Assembly (NCBI GenBank): GCA_963845065.1
Contig: CAWJQQ010000003.1
Location: 160,001-224,000, forward strand
Direction: 5' to 3'
From: Nitrospirota bacterium
GTDB taxonomy: Bacteria > Nitrospirota > UBA9217
Length of the DNA: 64,000 nucleotides
In this document: one piece after another, positions 1-9,949 of the stretch
How the letters are laid out: the number at the start of each line of letters is the position of its first letter
Numbering within the stretch: the first letter of the stretch is position 1
The notes under the pieces: model-generated
The model's database searches: none
Told to the model about the DNA's origin: nothing
The model's input: only the letters and a program-made list of their open reading frames with translations
Position numbers and translations under genes: made by a program

Positions 1-389
1 GCCAGATGCTGCAGCGTACGCTGAATGAAATTTACGAATACCTGCGAGATTTTCATGTATATATTGAGGATAGCACAATCGTGGGCGTGTGCGCCCTGCA
101 TGTGAGTTGGGACGGGCTAGCAGAAATTCGCTCGCTTGCTGTGCGGCCTGACCGTGTCAAACGGGGTATTGGAAGGAGTTTGGTTCTTCAATCTCTCGCC
201 GAAGCGGAAAAGCTTGGAGTGAAGAGAGTGTTTGTATTGACCTACCAGAATGGATTTTTCAAAAAACTTGGTTTTACCGATGTCGATAAAAAGGAATTAC
301 CACATAAGATATGGACCGATTGCCTCAATTGCGTCAAATTCCCGAATTGTGACGAATCCTCGCTCATTATTAATATCGCGCAAAGATAA
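1..389 (+). CDS. argA: GNAT N-acetyltransferase, short ArgA-like (amino-acid N-acetyltransferase); 5' end probably outside the window
   Basis: Motifs AEIRSLAV, RGIGRSLV, VFVLTY..FFKKLGF, LPHKIWTDC..C..FPNCDE; the frame is open to the window edge. Confidence 0.75.
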   Translation, partial: QMLQRTLNEIYEYLRDFHVYIEDSTIVGVCALHVSWDGLAEIRSLAVRPDRVKRGIGRSLVLQSLAEAEKLGVKRVFVLTYQNGFFKKLGFTDVDKKELPHKIWTDCLNCVKFPNCDESSLIINIAQR

Positions 390-480
390 TAACATCCTGC
401 AATGGCATTCGACTTGCATCAAATCTATCGATATAAATGCTAGATGATCGTTATTAATAATTCAATTCAAACAAAACAAT

Positions 481-1611
481 ATGTTGAGCCTCTATATCCA
501 TGTTCCTTTTTGTGTCAGAAAATGCCCCTACTGTGGCTTTTATTCAACACCTTATTCCCTCAAGAGTGCTGACGATTATATAGTTTCACTGGGCAAGGAA
601 GCTTTAAGATATAAGCACGATTTCAATAATCGTGTGTTCAAAACGATTTATATTGGTGGCGGGACCCCGACGGTCCTTTCCCAAGGACAATCTTTAGGGA
701 TTATTAAGGTTATTAAAGACCATTTCCAGCAGACCGAAGGTGCTGAGTTCACTATTGAGGCTAATCCGAATTCTGCAACAAAGCAGAGTCTCTCTCTCTG
801 GAGGTCACTTGGTGTGAATAGACTGAGCCTTGGCATTCAGTCGTTCTCCGATGACGTTCTTCATCAGCTCGGGAGATTGCACACAGGAGGACAGGCTATC
901 GACGCTTTCCAATTATCAAGAAGCGCTGGATTTCACAACATCGGAATAGATCTTATCTATGGTATACCAGGACAAACCAAGGAACAGTGGGAAGAAACCT
1001 TGGTATTGGCAACCGAATTAGCGCCAGAACATATTTCTATCTACAGTCTTTCGCTCGATGGTGAATCAGAATTCAAACAGCGTGCCGATTCTGGGAAATT
1101 CTTACTGCCGGACGATGAGACGACTGCAGAGAAGTATGAATTCGCTGTTTCAGTACTTCGCGATTCCGGGTATTCCCGGTACGAACTATCGAATTTTTCA
1201 TTGCCTGGTTTAGAATGCAGACATAACATGAATTATTGGGAGCAGGGAGAGTATCTTGGACTGGGACCGAGTGCCTCCTCGTTTATTTCGAGGAGACGCT
1301 TCCATACTGTATCAGATCTCGAAGAGTACACTCGACGTCTGGCGGGTGACGAGCCGATAGTGGAGGATAGCGAAATTATCACAATGGAGCAATCGGCGTA
1401 TGAAAGGCTTCTCTTGGGCCTGCGTACTGCACGCGGAGTTGACCTTCGCCTTTTTCATCAGGAGTTCGGCGACAACACTTTCAACCGGCTTCAGGTAACG
1501 CTTGGGCCTCTTAGTGATGCCGGTTTGCTTCTTATTCAGAACGGACATGTGTGTCTTACCGATCGTGGCATTTTGCTCAGTAATGAGGCTTTGATGCGAA
1601 TGTCAGTTTAA
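481..1611 (+). CDS. hemW: Radical SAM heme chaperone HemW (HemN-like)
   Basis: LYIHVPFCVRKCPYCGF (CxxxCxxC), YIGGGTPT, HNMNYW, YLGLGPSA. Confidence 0.9.
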   Translation: MLSLYIHVPFCVRKCPYCGFYSTPYSLKSADDYIVSLGKEALRYKHDFNNRVFKTIYIGGGTPTVLSQGQSLGIIKVIKDHFQQTEGAEFTIEANPNSATKQSLSLWRSLGVNRLSLGIQSFSDDVLHQLGRLHTGGQAIDAFQLSRSAGFHNIGIDLIYGIPGQTKEQWEETLVLATELAPEHISIYSLSLDGESEFKQRADSGKFLLPDDETTAEKYEFAVSVLRDSGYSRYELSNFSLPGLECRHNMNYWEQGEYLGLGPSASSFISRRRFHTVSDLEEYTRRLAGDEPIVEDSEIITMEQSAYERLLLGLRTARGVDLRLFHQEFGDNTFNRLQVTLGPLSDAGLLLIQNGHVCLTDRGILLSNEALMRMSV

Positions 1612-1618
1612 ATTTTTG

Positions 1619-1647
1619 TTTACACCCTCTCATCTCCATGCTATAGT
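1619..1647 (+). promoter_or_regulatory. Putative sigma70 promoter of the bamA-lpx operon
   Basis: TTTACA (1619-1624), 17-bp spacer, TATAGT (1642-1647), with extended -10 TGn. Confidence 0.55.
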
Positions 1648-1686
1648 AATCCGTTCTTATTACGATTTTTGGAGGGTGTCTCCTAC

Positions 1687-4017
1687 GTGCAGAAACAGCG
1701 TGCTGCAACTTTCGGGGTCCTCGTATTTTTCATGGTCTCTAGTTTTGCCCTCCCCGGTGTGGCAGATGATGTAAAGGTCACGCTGATCGAAGTACAGGGC
1801 AACAAGAGGATCGAAACCGCAACGATCCTAGCGAAGATAAAAACAAGAGAAGGTGCAGTATTTTCTCCCTCCCAGATCAAGGATGATATCAAGGCCCTGT
1901 ACCAGCTAGGCCACTTTGAAGACATCGAGGTGAAAACTGAAGGATTTGAGAATGGTCTAAAAGTTATCTTTGTTGTTAAAGAAAAGCCGCTAATCAGGGA
2001 AATTACTTTTGAAGGGAATGATGAACTGACCACAGAAAAGCTGAAGGAGGGCCTAACACTGCTGCCCAGGACTGCTTTTAATCTTCAATCGATTAATGAA
2101 GCGGCAGAGAAGATACGGTTGAAATACCAAGATGCGGGTTATTACGAGGCAGTTGTCGTACCTGTGGTCAATGAGTTGAAAGGTGGAGACAGAGATGTTG
2201 TTTTCTATATAGAGGAAGGCCAAAAGGTGAAAATTGCGGATGTTATTTTCACTGGCAATAAAGCTTTGCCCTCTGATGAACTCAAAGATGCGTTGAAAAC
2301 ACAACAATACTGGATCTTTTCCTTTCTCGGTCGCAGCGGCACCCTGAGGACTGAGGAACTCAGGGAAGACTTGGAAACAATTAAGAACCTGTACTACAAC
2401 ACGGGTTATATTCAAGTTCAGGTAGGCGAACCGGTGATTGAACCGAAACAGTTCACCTTCCGTGAATGCTATTTCTGGGGTCCGGAAAAGACTTTTATCC
2501 GGAAAAATGAACTTGTCATACGCATTAATATCAAAGAAGGTGAACAGTTCCGGATAGGTTCCGTGAACATCAAAGGCAATCAGATCATTTCCTCCGATGA
2601 TCTGGAAAAGGAAATAAAACTCAAGCGAGGTGACATCTTCAGCCGCGATGTCCTCCGGCAGGACGTCAACAGGATCATCGACCGCTATGACGGCCTAGCG
2701 CGACCCTTTGCAAACGTCGTTCCGCTCTTCGATATCGATCAGAACAAAAAAACCGTAGCCATTACTATCGACATACAGGAAGGCGGAGAGATCCATATCG
2801 GCAGAATCGATATCACAGGGAACAGCAAGACGAGAGACAAGGTAATTCGGCGTGAGATGCGGCTCGCTGAAGGGGACCTGTACAGCAAAAAGGCGCTTAA
2901 GAGAAGTTATGAGCGGCTGAAGAACCTGAATTTTTTTGAAGACGTCGAGATCGTGCCCCAACAAAGGCAACAGGAACCGATCATGGACCTCGATGTCAAG
3001 GTGAAGGAGAAACTTACAGGTACGCTCAGCGTGGGCGGAGGATACAGTTCGGTCGACAGGCTGGTTGGCATTGCAGAGATAACCCAGGGCAACTTGTTTG
3101 GCCGAGGTGAGCTTGTCAAACTCAAGCTTCAGTGGGGGCAGAAAGGTACGCGTAATCTCTACCAGTTGAGCTTTATGGAACCCTACCTATTTGACCAGCC
3201 TATCTGGGGTAAGGTCGATCTCTATAACCAGACCCAGCAGTATGATGGGTATGAACTGAGGACTAACGGCGTCGGTTTATCAGCGGGAAAAAGTTTTGGC
3301 GAATATGTGACGACCTCACTTCGGTATGGCTTGGACAACACGCTCGTCTCCGATATAACAATAACGGCGCCATTGAACCTTCAACGGCAACTCGACAACT
3401 ATGGTGACCGCATTAACACGAGCGAACTCACATGGAGCCTTGCAAGAGATACCCGCGATTACTACCTTGATCCGAAAACAGGTTCGAAAAACAGTATTTA
3501 TGTCGAATATGCTGGTGGCCCGCTAGGCGGGGACACGAATATCGTGAAGACGGGCGCTGATTCGGCCTGGTACTTCCCCCTGGTTTGGGACTCGGTATTC
3601 ATGGTTCGCGGCCGGTATGGTTATGTGGAGTCTCTTATCAATAAACCCGTTCCTGTTGGAGATCTATTTTATGTAGGAGGCTCTTCTACCGTTCGAGGCT
3701 TCCGATTCGGGTCTGCAGGACCTAAAGATACCTCATTGGATGCCCTGGGCGGTACAAAGGAGATGATTTATAATGCCGAAATAAATTTTCCCATCGTGCC
3801 ATCTGCTAGGCTCAAGGGAGTTATTTTCTATGATACAGGAAAGGGTTTCGACATATACGAACCCGTGAGTTTTTCCGGACTTCACCAGGCCGCCGGCTTT
3901 GGCTTCCAGTGGATTTCTCCTATTGGACCGCTTAAGTTCGAATGGGCATATATCATCCATAAACTGCCAACGGATCAACCAAGCCAGTTTGATTTTTCCA
4001 TGGGGGCCCTGTTCTGA
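1687..4017 (+). CDS. bamA: Outer membrane protein assembly factor BamA
   Basis: Signal peptide, repeated POTRA motifs (GNKRI, GNSKTRDKVIRRE), VRGF motif, C-terminal SPIGPL...F. GTG 1687 follows GGAGG; the ORF track starts at 1669. Confidence 0.95.
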   Translation: MQKQRAATFGVLVFFMVSSFALPGVADDVKVTLIEVQGNKRIETATILAKIKTREGAVFSPSQIKDDIKALYQLGHFEDIEVKTEGFENGLKVIFVVKEKPLIREITFEGNDELTTEKLKEGLTLLPRTAFNLQSINEAAEKIRLKYQDAGYYEAVVVPVVNELKGGDRDVVFYIEEGQKVKIADVIFTGNKALPSDELKDALKTQQYWIFSFLGRSGTLRTEELREDLETIKNLYYNTGYIQVQVGEPVIEPKQFTFRECYFWGPEKTFIRKNELVIRINIKEGEQFRIGSVNIKGNQIISSDDLEKEIKLKRGDIFSRDVLRQDVNRIIDRYDGLARPFANVVPLFDIDQNKKTVAITIDIQEGGEIHIGRIDITGNSKTRDKVIRREMRLAEGDLYSKKALKRSYERLKNLNFFEDVEIVPQQRQQEPIMDLDVKVKEKLTGTLSVGGGYSSVDRLVGIAEITQGNLFGRGELVKLKLQWGQKGTRNLYQLSFMEPYLFDQPIWGKVDLYNQTQQYDGYELRTNGVGLSAGKSFGEYVTTSLRYGLDNTLVSDITITAPLNLQRQLDNYGDRINTSELTWSLARDTRDYYLDPKTGSKNSIYVEYAGGPLGGDTNIVKTGADSAWYFPLVWDSVFMVRGRYGYVESLINKPVPVGDLFYVGGSSTVRGFRFGSAGPKDTSLDALGGTKEMIYNAEINFPIVPSARLKGVIFYDTGKGFDIYEPVSFSGLHQAAGFGFQWISPIGPLKFEWAYIIHKLPTDQPSQFDFSMGALF

Positions 4018-4088
4018 AACGGGCGATCTTGCATTATTACGAGCAGGGGTGAATTACCATACATCAATAGATTTTAAGGAGGAGTGTT

Positions 4089-4640
4089 ATGAAGAAAATA
4101 GTTTTTACATTTGTAGCTCTGTTTATTCTGTCTACGAGTGCCATGGCAGCGGGAGAGAAAATTGCCTTCGTCGACACACAGAAGGTGTTTGATAAAACCA
4201 AGCTCGGCAAACAATATCAAGGCATTGTTCGAGAGTATTACGAAAGCCGAAAAAAAATTCTCGACATGGATGCCGATGACATTCAGAAACTTCAGGATGA
4301 CTACGGTAAGCAAAAACAGGCAAAGTTGCTGACCGAAAAGGCCCAAAAAGATAAAGAAGAGACGATCAGAACCAAAATCAACGACTTTCAGAAAAAACGC
4401 GAAGAATTTAGCGGAGAGATCAGCAAGAAAAACGAGGAGCTTTCAGGCGAATTCAACCAGCAGATGGTTGTCGTCCTCAAGGATATTGCGAAAAAAGATA
4501 AGGTTGCTCTTGTGCTGGCGAGGACAATTAACATCCTTTCGAAAGCAGAAGTGCCGTCGGTCCTGTACGGGGATGAAGATCTCGATCTAACTGACAAGGT
4601 GATTGTTGAAATGGACAAACAAGCAAATGCGACAAAATAA
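4089..4640 (+). CDS. skp: Skp/OmpH periplasmic chaperone
   Basis: Signal peptide, KIAFVDTQKV, coiled coil, DLTDKVI; between bamA and lpxD; AAGGAGG RBS. Confidence 0.9.
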   Translation: MKKIVFTFVALFILSTSAMAAGEKIAFVDTQKVFDKTKLGKQYQGIVREYYESRKKILDMDADDIQKLQDDYGKQKQAKLLTEKAQKDKEETIRTKINDFQKKREEFSGEISKKNEELSGEFNQQMVVVLKDIAKKDKVALVLARTINILSKAEVPSVLYGDEDLDLTDKVIVEMDKQANATK

Positions 4641-4674
4641 TCGGTGAGAATCTCTTTGGATAAATGGTGCCGTT

Positions 4675-5721
4675 ATGAGGTTGAAAGAACTGGCAAAAAT
4701 ACTTGGCATTGATGTGTCAGGTCCAGAAGATGTCGAGATCACTGGTGCAGCGGGGCTGCAGGATGCAGGGGAAGGGCAGATAACGTTTGTTGCCGGAACT
4801 GAGTCTCTCAAGGGCCTAGCAAACTCGCGCGCTGCAGCGGCGTTTGTTCCCCTCGACACACCTGAGATGCACCTGCCTCTTGTGCGCGTTAAAAATCCCC
4901 GTTTGGCTTTTGCTCGAGTGCTTAAGATTTTCTACGTCGAGCCATATCACGCCACCGGTATAAGCGACAAGGCAGTAATCGGGCGAAATGTCGTCATGGG
5001 TTCCGATCTTTCCCTTTACCCTTTCGCCGTGGTTGCCGACGGGGCAAGAATAGGTGACCGGGTAACATTGTATCCCGGGGTATATATAGGGAAGGGTTCG
5101 ATCATTGGCGACGATTCCGTCATCTACTCGAATGTAAGCATAGGAGTAAAAGTAGCTATCGGGAAGCGTGTCATTGTCCACGCAGGCACAGAAATTGGAA
5201 GTGATGGGTTCGGATTCGTCACTGATGGAGGCCGACATCATAAAATCCCCCAGATTGGCGGCGTAATCATTGAAGACGATGTAGAAATCGGTGGTAACTG
5301 CTGCGTAGATCGGGCAACGGTCGGTAATACGATAATCAAACAAGGCACCAAAATAGACAACCAAGTACAAGTTGCCCATAATGTCACTATTGGCGAACAC
5401 TGCCTGTTAGCGAGCCAAGTCGGGATCGCGGGCAGTAGTACACTTGGGAATTATGTTGTCTTTGGCGGGCGGGTAGGAGTCGCTGATCATACGAACGTGG
5501 GCGATGGGGTGATGGCAGGCGGTGGGTCTGCTGTCACAAAGGATGTCGAACCAGGGCAAATGATTGCAGGGTTTAATGCCATGCCGGTTAGAAACTGGCT
5601 CAAGGTGCAAGCAGTTCTGCCGAAACTTCCGGAACTCAAAAAAACAGTTGCAAACCTTGAAAAACAGATTAAGGAAATCAAGGAACGAATGCCCAACACG
5701 ACAAAGGGGGAGCAGCGATGA
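4675..5721 (+). CDS. lpxD: UDP-3-O-acyl-glucosamine N-acyltransferase
   Basis: Hexapeptide repeats, [27 protein letters not shown]. Confidence 0.95.
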   Translation: MRLKELAKILGIDVSGPEDVEITGAAGLQDAGEGQITFVAGTESLKGLANSRAAAAFVPLDTPEMHLPLVRVKNPRLAFARVLKIFYVEPYHATGISDKAVIGRNVVMGSDLSLYPFAVVADGARIGDRVTLYPGVYIGKGSIIGDDSVIYSNVSIGVKVAIGKRVIVHAGTEIGSDGFGFVTDGGRHHKIPQIGGVIIEDDVEIGGNCCVDRATVGNTIIKQGTKIDNQVQVAHNVTIGEHCLLASQVGIAGSSTLGNYVVFGGRVGVADHTNVGDGVMAGGGSAVTKDVEPGQMIAGFNAMPVRNWLKVQAVLPKLPELKKTVANLEKQIKEIKERMPNTTKGEQR

Positions 5722-6155
5722 TTGAAATTCAGGAAATAATGGAAACTCTTCCTCACCGGTATCCGTTTTTATTAATTGATAAGATAGTAGAGATGGAATT
5801 AGGTAAGCGGGTAGTTGGCATCAAGAACGTGACGATGAACGAACCTTTTTTCCAGGGGCACTTTCCGGGACATCCGATCATGCCAGGAGTGCTGATCCTC
5901 GAGGCAATGGCTCAGGCCGGAGGTGTGCTGGCGATGAAGTCAGTTCCTCAGGATCAACTGAAGAATAAAGTAATCTATTTCATGAGCATAGATAAAGCCA
6001 AGTTTCGCAAGCCTGTTGTTCCTGGCGATCAACTACGTTTAGAGATTGATGTGATCAAACAGCGCTCCAATATCAGGAGTCTTAAGGCACAGGCGCTGGT
6101 CAGCGGCGTGGTTGTTGCTGAAGCTGAACTGACGGCTATGATTGTGGATAGGTGA
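5718..6155 (+). CDS. fabZ: 3-hydroxyacyl-ACP dehydratase
   Basis: [34 protein letters not shown]. Confidence 0.97.
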   Translation: MIEIQEIMETLPHRYPFLLIDKIVEMELGKRVVGIKNVTMNEPFFQGHFPGHPIMPGVLILEAMAQAGGVLAMKSVPQDQLKNKVIYFMSIDKAKFRKPVVPGDQLRLEIDVIKQRSNIRSLKAQALVSGVVVAEAELTAMIVDR

Positions 6156-6178
6156 TTCTTATGATCCAGGAGAAGTGC

Positions 6179-6952
6179 GTGAGTATTCATCCGGCAGCCA
6201 TAGTACATTCCAACGCCCGGATCGCCGATGGAGTCGAGATCGGGCCCTATTCGGTCATCGGTGAGCATGTAACCATTGGAAAGGACACGAAGATCGCATC
6301 CCATGTGCTGATCGATGGCTGGACAACGATCGGCGAACGGAACCAGATTCATTCGTTTTCCAGTATCGGCACTCCACCACAGGACATCGGATATAAGAAC
6401 GATGAGACGTACTTGATCATCGGCAACGATAATGTCATTAGGGAATGCGCTACGATCCACAGGGCGACGACGAAGGAAGACCGGAGGACGGAGATCGGCG
6501 ATAAGAACTTTCTGATGGCCTACTCCCATGTGGCCCACGACTGCAAACTTGGTAACAACATCATCATGGCCAATTCAGTGGCACTCGGCGGCCATATCGT
6601 AATCGAAGACTATTCTATTCTCGGAGGGATAGTGGCCGTGCATCAGTTCGTACGCATTGGGGCCTATTCCATCATCGGAGGCCAATCTGCGGTAAGTCAG
6701 GATATCCCTCCATATGTCAGCGCCGCAGGTAACAGGGCAAAGCTGTACGGATTGAATCTGGTAGGTCTAAAACGAAGGGGATTCAGCAATGCTGTCATCG
6801 GTACGCTTAAGAAAGCCTATAAGATTATTTTTCGCTCTGGATTGATTCAGGATAAGGCAATCCAGAAAGTTTTGGAAGAGTTTCCTGAGTCGTCTGAGGT
6901 GAGGACTCTTGTGGATTTCATTCGCTCATCAAAGCGTGGAGTAACCCGGTAG
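6179..6952 (+). CDS. lpxA: Acyl-ACP--UDP-GlcNAc(3N) acyltransferase
   Basis: IHPAAIV, PQD, HVAHDC, VHQFVRIG, GLNLVGLKRRGF; GTG 6179 follows AGGAG (ORF track start 6152). Confidence 0.95.
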   Translation: MSIHPAAIVHSNARIADGVEIGPYSVIGEHVTIGKDTKIASHVLIDGWTTIGERNQIHSFSSIGTPPQDIGYKNDETYLIIGNDNVIRECATIHRATTKEDRRTEIGDKNFLMAYSHVAHDCKLGNNIIMANSVALGGHIVIEDYSILGGIVAVHQFVRIGAYSIIGGQSAVSQDIPPYVSAAGNRAKLYGLNLVGLKRRGFSNAVIGTLKKAYKIIFRSGLIQDKAIQKVLEEFPESSEVRTLVDFIRSSKRGVTR

Positions 6953-6979
6953 AACGGAGAAAAGAAGACTATTATACAA

Positions 6980-7789
6980 ATGAATAAGATTGGCTTGATT
7001 GCCGGTAATGGGACGTTTCCGATCGCCTTTGCGCAGGCGGCAAAACAGAAGGGGATGCAAGTCATTGCTGTAGCTCACGAAGGTGAAACACCTCCGGAAC
7101 TTGCGCAGTGGGTAGACAGCATCTTCTGGATCAAGGTTGGGCAACTCGGCAAACTCATCTCTATCTTCAAGGATCATGACGTGCACGACGTTTTGATGGC
7201 AGGGGGGATCAAGAAAACCCGTCTCTTTAAAGGCGGAATGCCGGACATGCGTGGAGCTGCTCTTTTAGCCAAGATGCTCTATAAAAAGGATGATTCGATC
7301 CTCCGCGCCGTGGCAGCTGAACTTGAGTCGGAGGGCATTACCGTTCGAGAATCAACGCTCTATCTTGACAATCTATTGACTTCCGCTGGCGTTTTGACAA
7401 AACGAAAGCCGTCCAGGGATGAAAGTAAAGATATTGAGTTCGGCTGGCATATAGCCAAAGAAATCGGCAAATTGGATATTGGCCAGACCGTAGTTGTAAA
7501 AGATCAGGCAATTCTTGCGGTTGAAGCGATAGAAGGGACCGACGAGGCCATTCGCCGCGGCGGACGTCTTTGCGGCCAGGGTGCAGTCGTTGTTAAAATT
7601 TGTAAACCACAGCAGGACTTGCGGTTTGATCTGCCTGCTGTTGGGATGCAGACAATTCAGACGATGCAGGAAGTGAAAGCGAGTTGCTTGGCTATTGAGG
7701 CAGGAAAAACCCTCATTTTTGATCGTGAAAACGTTGCGTTAGAAGCTGACCATAACGGGATTGCTATTGTCGCTGTCGGTAACCAGTGA
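6980..7789 (+). CDS. lpxI: UDP-2,3-diacylglucosamine diphosphatase LpxI
   Basis: IGLIAGNGTFP, LDIGQTVVV, AVEAIEGTD, KPQQDLRFDLP. Confidence 0.92.
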   Translation: MNKIGLIAGNGTFPIAFAQAAKQKGMQVIAVAHEGETPPELAQWVDSIFWIKVGQLGKLISIFKDHDVHDVLMAGGIKKTRLFKGGMPDMRGAALLAKMLYKKDDSILRAVAAELESEGITVRESTLYLDNLLTSAGVLTKRKPSRDESKDIEFGWHIAKEIGKLDIGQTVVVKDQAILAVEAIEGTDEAIRRGGRLCGQGAVVVKICKPQQDLRFDLPAVGMQTIQTMQEVKASCLAIEAGKTLIFDRENVALEADHNGIAIVAVGNQ

Positions 7790-7798
7790 GTATCGAGA

Positions 7799-8791
7799 AT
7801 GAGTAGAGTAAAAGTCGGCATTATCGGCGTCGGGTATCTTGGCAGGTTTCATGCTGAAAAGTATGCAATACATCCGGATGTCTCACTTATTGGTGTCGCT
7901 GATGCAGATCACAACCGATGCGCAGAGATCGCGAGAAATCTGAACACCCGTGCTTTCGATGACCCTAAAGATTTGCTCGGGTTGGTTGATGCGGTGAGCA
8001 TTGTCGTTCCTACTGTGCACCACTACGGTGTGGCAAAACTGTTTCTTGGACAAGGGGTCCACGTCCTGCTCGAGAAACCCATTACAGTAACTCTCAATCA
8101 GGCTGATGAACTTATCGGACTTGCATCCCGCAAAGGACTGATACTTCAGGTCGGGCATATCGAGAGGTTCAACCCAGCGGTCACCGCGTTAAAGGGCAGG
8201 ATCACTTCGCCGCGGTATATGACAGCAGAGCGGGCCGCTCCATTTACGGCCCGCTGCACGGATGTGAATGTAGTGCTTGACCTCATGATCCATGACCTCG
8301 ACATCGTCATTGTCCTTGCCGGCTCAGAGCCGAAGGAACTTTGCGCAGCAGGCGCATCGGTCATTACTCCGGAGATCGATATAGCGACTGCCCGTATCAT
8401 ATTCCAAAGCGGCTGCGTTGCCGATATTACCGCAAGCAGGGTATCAGATGATAAAAAGCGCATGCTTCGCGTGTTCGACAGCGAGGGTATGTATGCTTCC
8501 GACTACCAGGCCCAGAGAGCGACGGTATTACACCGGGGCAGCGGTGTTGGACCCGAACTGGTAGTCCAGGACATCTCAGCGGACCGCTGTGATACGCTGA
8601 ACGAAGAAATCCATGCTTTCATTCATAGCGTTCAATCCGGGGAAAGGCCTCTGGTATCGGGTAGAGATGGGCGGCAAGCACTAGCCATTGCCGGAATGAT
8701 CACCGATATCATCTCCAAAGGAATAACGGGTTTTATTCCGGTAAAAGAATACGACGAACATAGTATTATTGAGCCATCAATGAAAATGTAA
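7799..8791 (+). CDS. gnnA: Gfo/Idh/MocA oxidoreductase, probable UDP-GlcNAc 3-dehydrogenase GnnA
   Basis: GVGYLG, LLEKPI, QVGHIERFNPA, DLMIHDLD; located between lpxI and lpxB. Confidence 0.75.
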   Translation: MSRVKVGIIGVGYLGRFHAEKYAIHPDVSLIGVADADHNRCAEIARNLNTRAFDDPKDLLGLVDAVSIVVPTVHHYGVAKLFLGQGVHVLLEKPITVTLNQADELIGLASRKGLILQVGHIERFNPAVTALKGRITSPRYMTAERAAPFTARCTDVNVVLDLMIHDLDIVIVLAGSEPKELCAAGASVITPEIDIATARIIFQSGCVADITASRVSDDKKRMLRVFDSEGMYASDYQAQRATVLHRGSGVGPELVVQDISADRCDTLNEEIHAFIHSVQSGERPLVSGRDGRQALAIAGMITDIISKGITGFIPVKEYDEHSIIEPSMKM

Positions 8792-8807
8792 AGGGAGCAA
8801 TCTACGC

Positions 8808-9908
8808 ATGCCAGTACCCATGGTTGACCTGAAGATCCAGTACGAAGCGATTCAAGATGAAATTAATTCCGCAGTCTTTGGTGTTCTGAAGAGTACTAAT
8901 TTTATTCTCGGCCCTCACGGCAAGGCACTCGAAGAGGACGTGGCTCGATATCATAAAGTAAAGCATGCAGTGGCCGTGGCTTCAGGAACGGATGCTTTGC
9001 ACCTCGCCCTGCTTGCTGCGGGCATCAAGCAAGGTGATGAAGTGATTACTACGCCCTTCACATTTATTGCAACCGCTGAAGCAATTTCATATGTCGGTGC
9101 AGTGCCGGTGTTCGTAGACATTCGTCCCGATACATTTAATATGGACATTACGAAAATCGAATCGGCAATGACCAAGAGAACGAAAGCGGTAATCCCGGTC
9201 CATTTATACGGCCATTCCGCTGACATGGATGAACTCATGGGGATCGCGAGGAAATATAATGTGAGTGTCATCGAGGATTGCGCCCAGTCTTTTGGCGCAG
9301 AGTATAAAGGAACAAAGACAGGAACATTCGGCGACATGGGATGCTTCAGTTTTTTCCCGAGCAAAAACTTAGGCTGTTATGGCGACGGGGGTATGGTAAT
9401 TACTGATAATTCTCATCTGGACGAACATCTGCGGAGCCTGCGGAACCATGGGAGTCACGTACGTTACTATCATGATGAGATCGGGTTCAACAGCCGACTT
9501 GACGAAATTCAGGCTGCTATCCTGCAGGTTAAATTAAAAAGAATCGATGAATACAATGCAAAGCGCATCGCCAATGCAGCGTTTTATGCTAAGTACCTTT
9601 CTATCCCTGGCATCCAGTTACCAACGGTACAGAAGAATTCAAAACATGTCTTTCATCAGTATACGATCAGGGTCAGAAACAGGGACATTGTAAAACAAAA
9701 ATTAGATGAAGGAAAAGTAACTTCATCGATGATCTACTATCCTATTCCTCTCCATTTGCAAGCGGCATATAAAAACCTGGGCTTAAAGTCCGGAAGCTTG
9801 CCTGTAGCGGAACGGGTAGCACAAGAAGTATTATCGCTTCCCATATATCCTGAATTAAAGGAAGAACAAATTGCACAAGTCGCTGGGGCAGTAAAGAAGG
9901 CACTCTAA
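8808..9908 (+). CDS. gnnB: DegT/DnrJ/EryC1/StrS aminotransferase, probable GnnB
   Basis: SGTDAL, IEDCAQSFG, SFFPSKNLG (PLP Lys), NSRLDEIQAA; between the gnnA-like gene and lpxB. Confidence 0.75.
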   Translation: MPVPMVDLKIQYEAIQDEINSAVFGVLKSTNFILGPHGKALEEDVARYHKVKHAVAVASGTDALHLALLAAGIKQGDEVITTPFTFIATAEAISYVGAVPVFVDIRPDTFNMDITKIESAMTKRTKAVIPVHLYGHSADMDELMGIARKYNVSVIEDCAQSFGAEYKGTKTGTFGDMGCFSFFPSKNLGCYGDGGMVITDNSHLDEHLRSLRNHGSHVRYYHDEIGFNSRLDEIQAAILQVKLKRIDEYNAKRIANAAFYAKYLSIPGIQLPTVQKNSKHVFHQYTIRVRNRDIVKQKLDEGKVTSSMIYYPIPLHLQAAYKNLGLKSGSLPVAERVAQEVLSLPIYPELKEEQIAQVAGAVKKAL

Positions 9909-9949
9909 GACCGTGGTCTGAAGGCAGAATCTAGAATCAGAAAAGCAGT

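Noticed and set aside
4816..6538. Long antisense ORFs (194 aa and 169 aa) and other short overlapping ORFs in the track
   Set aside because: Shadow frames of well-supported genes, with no motifs.
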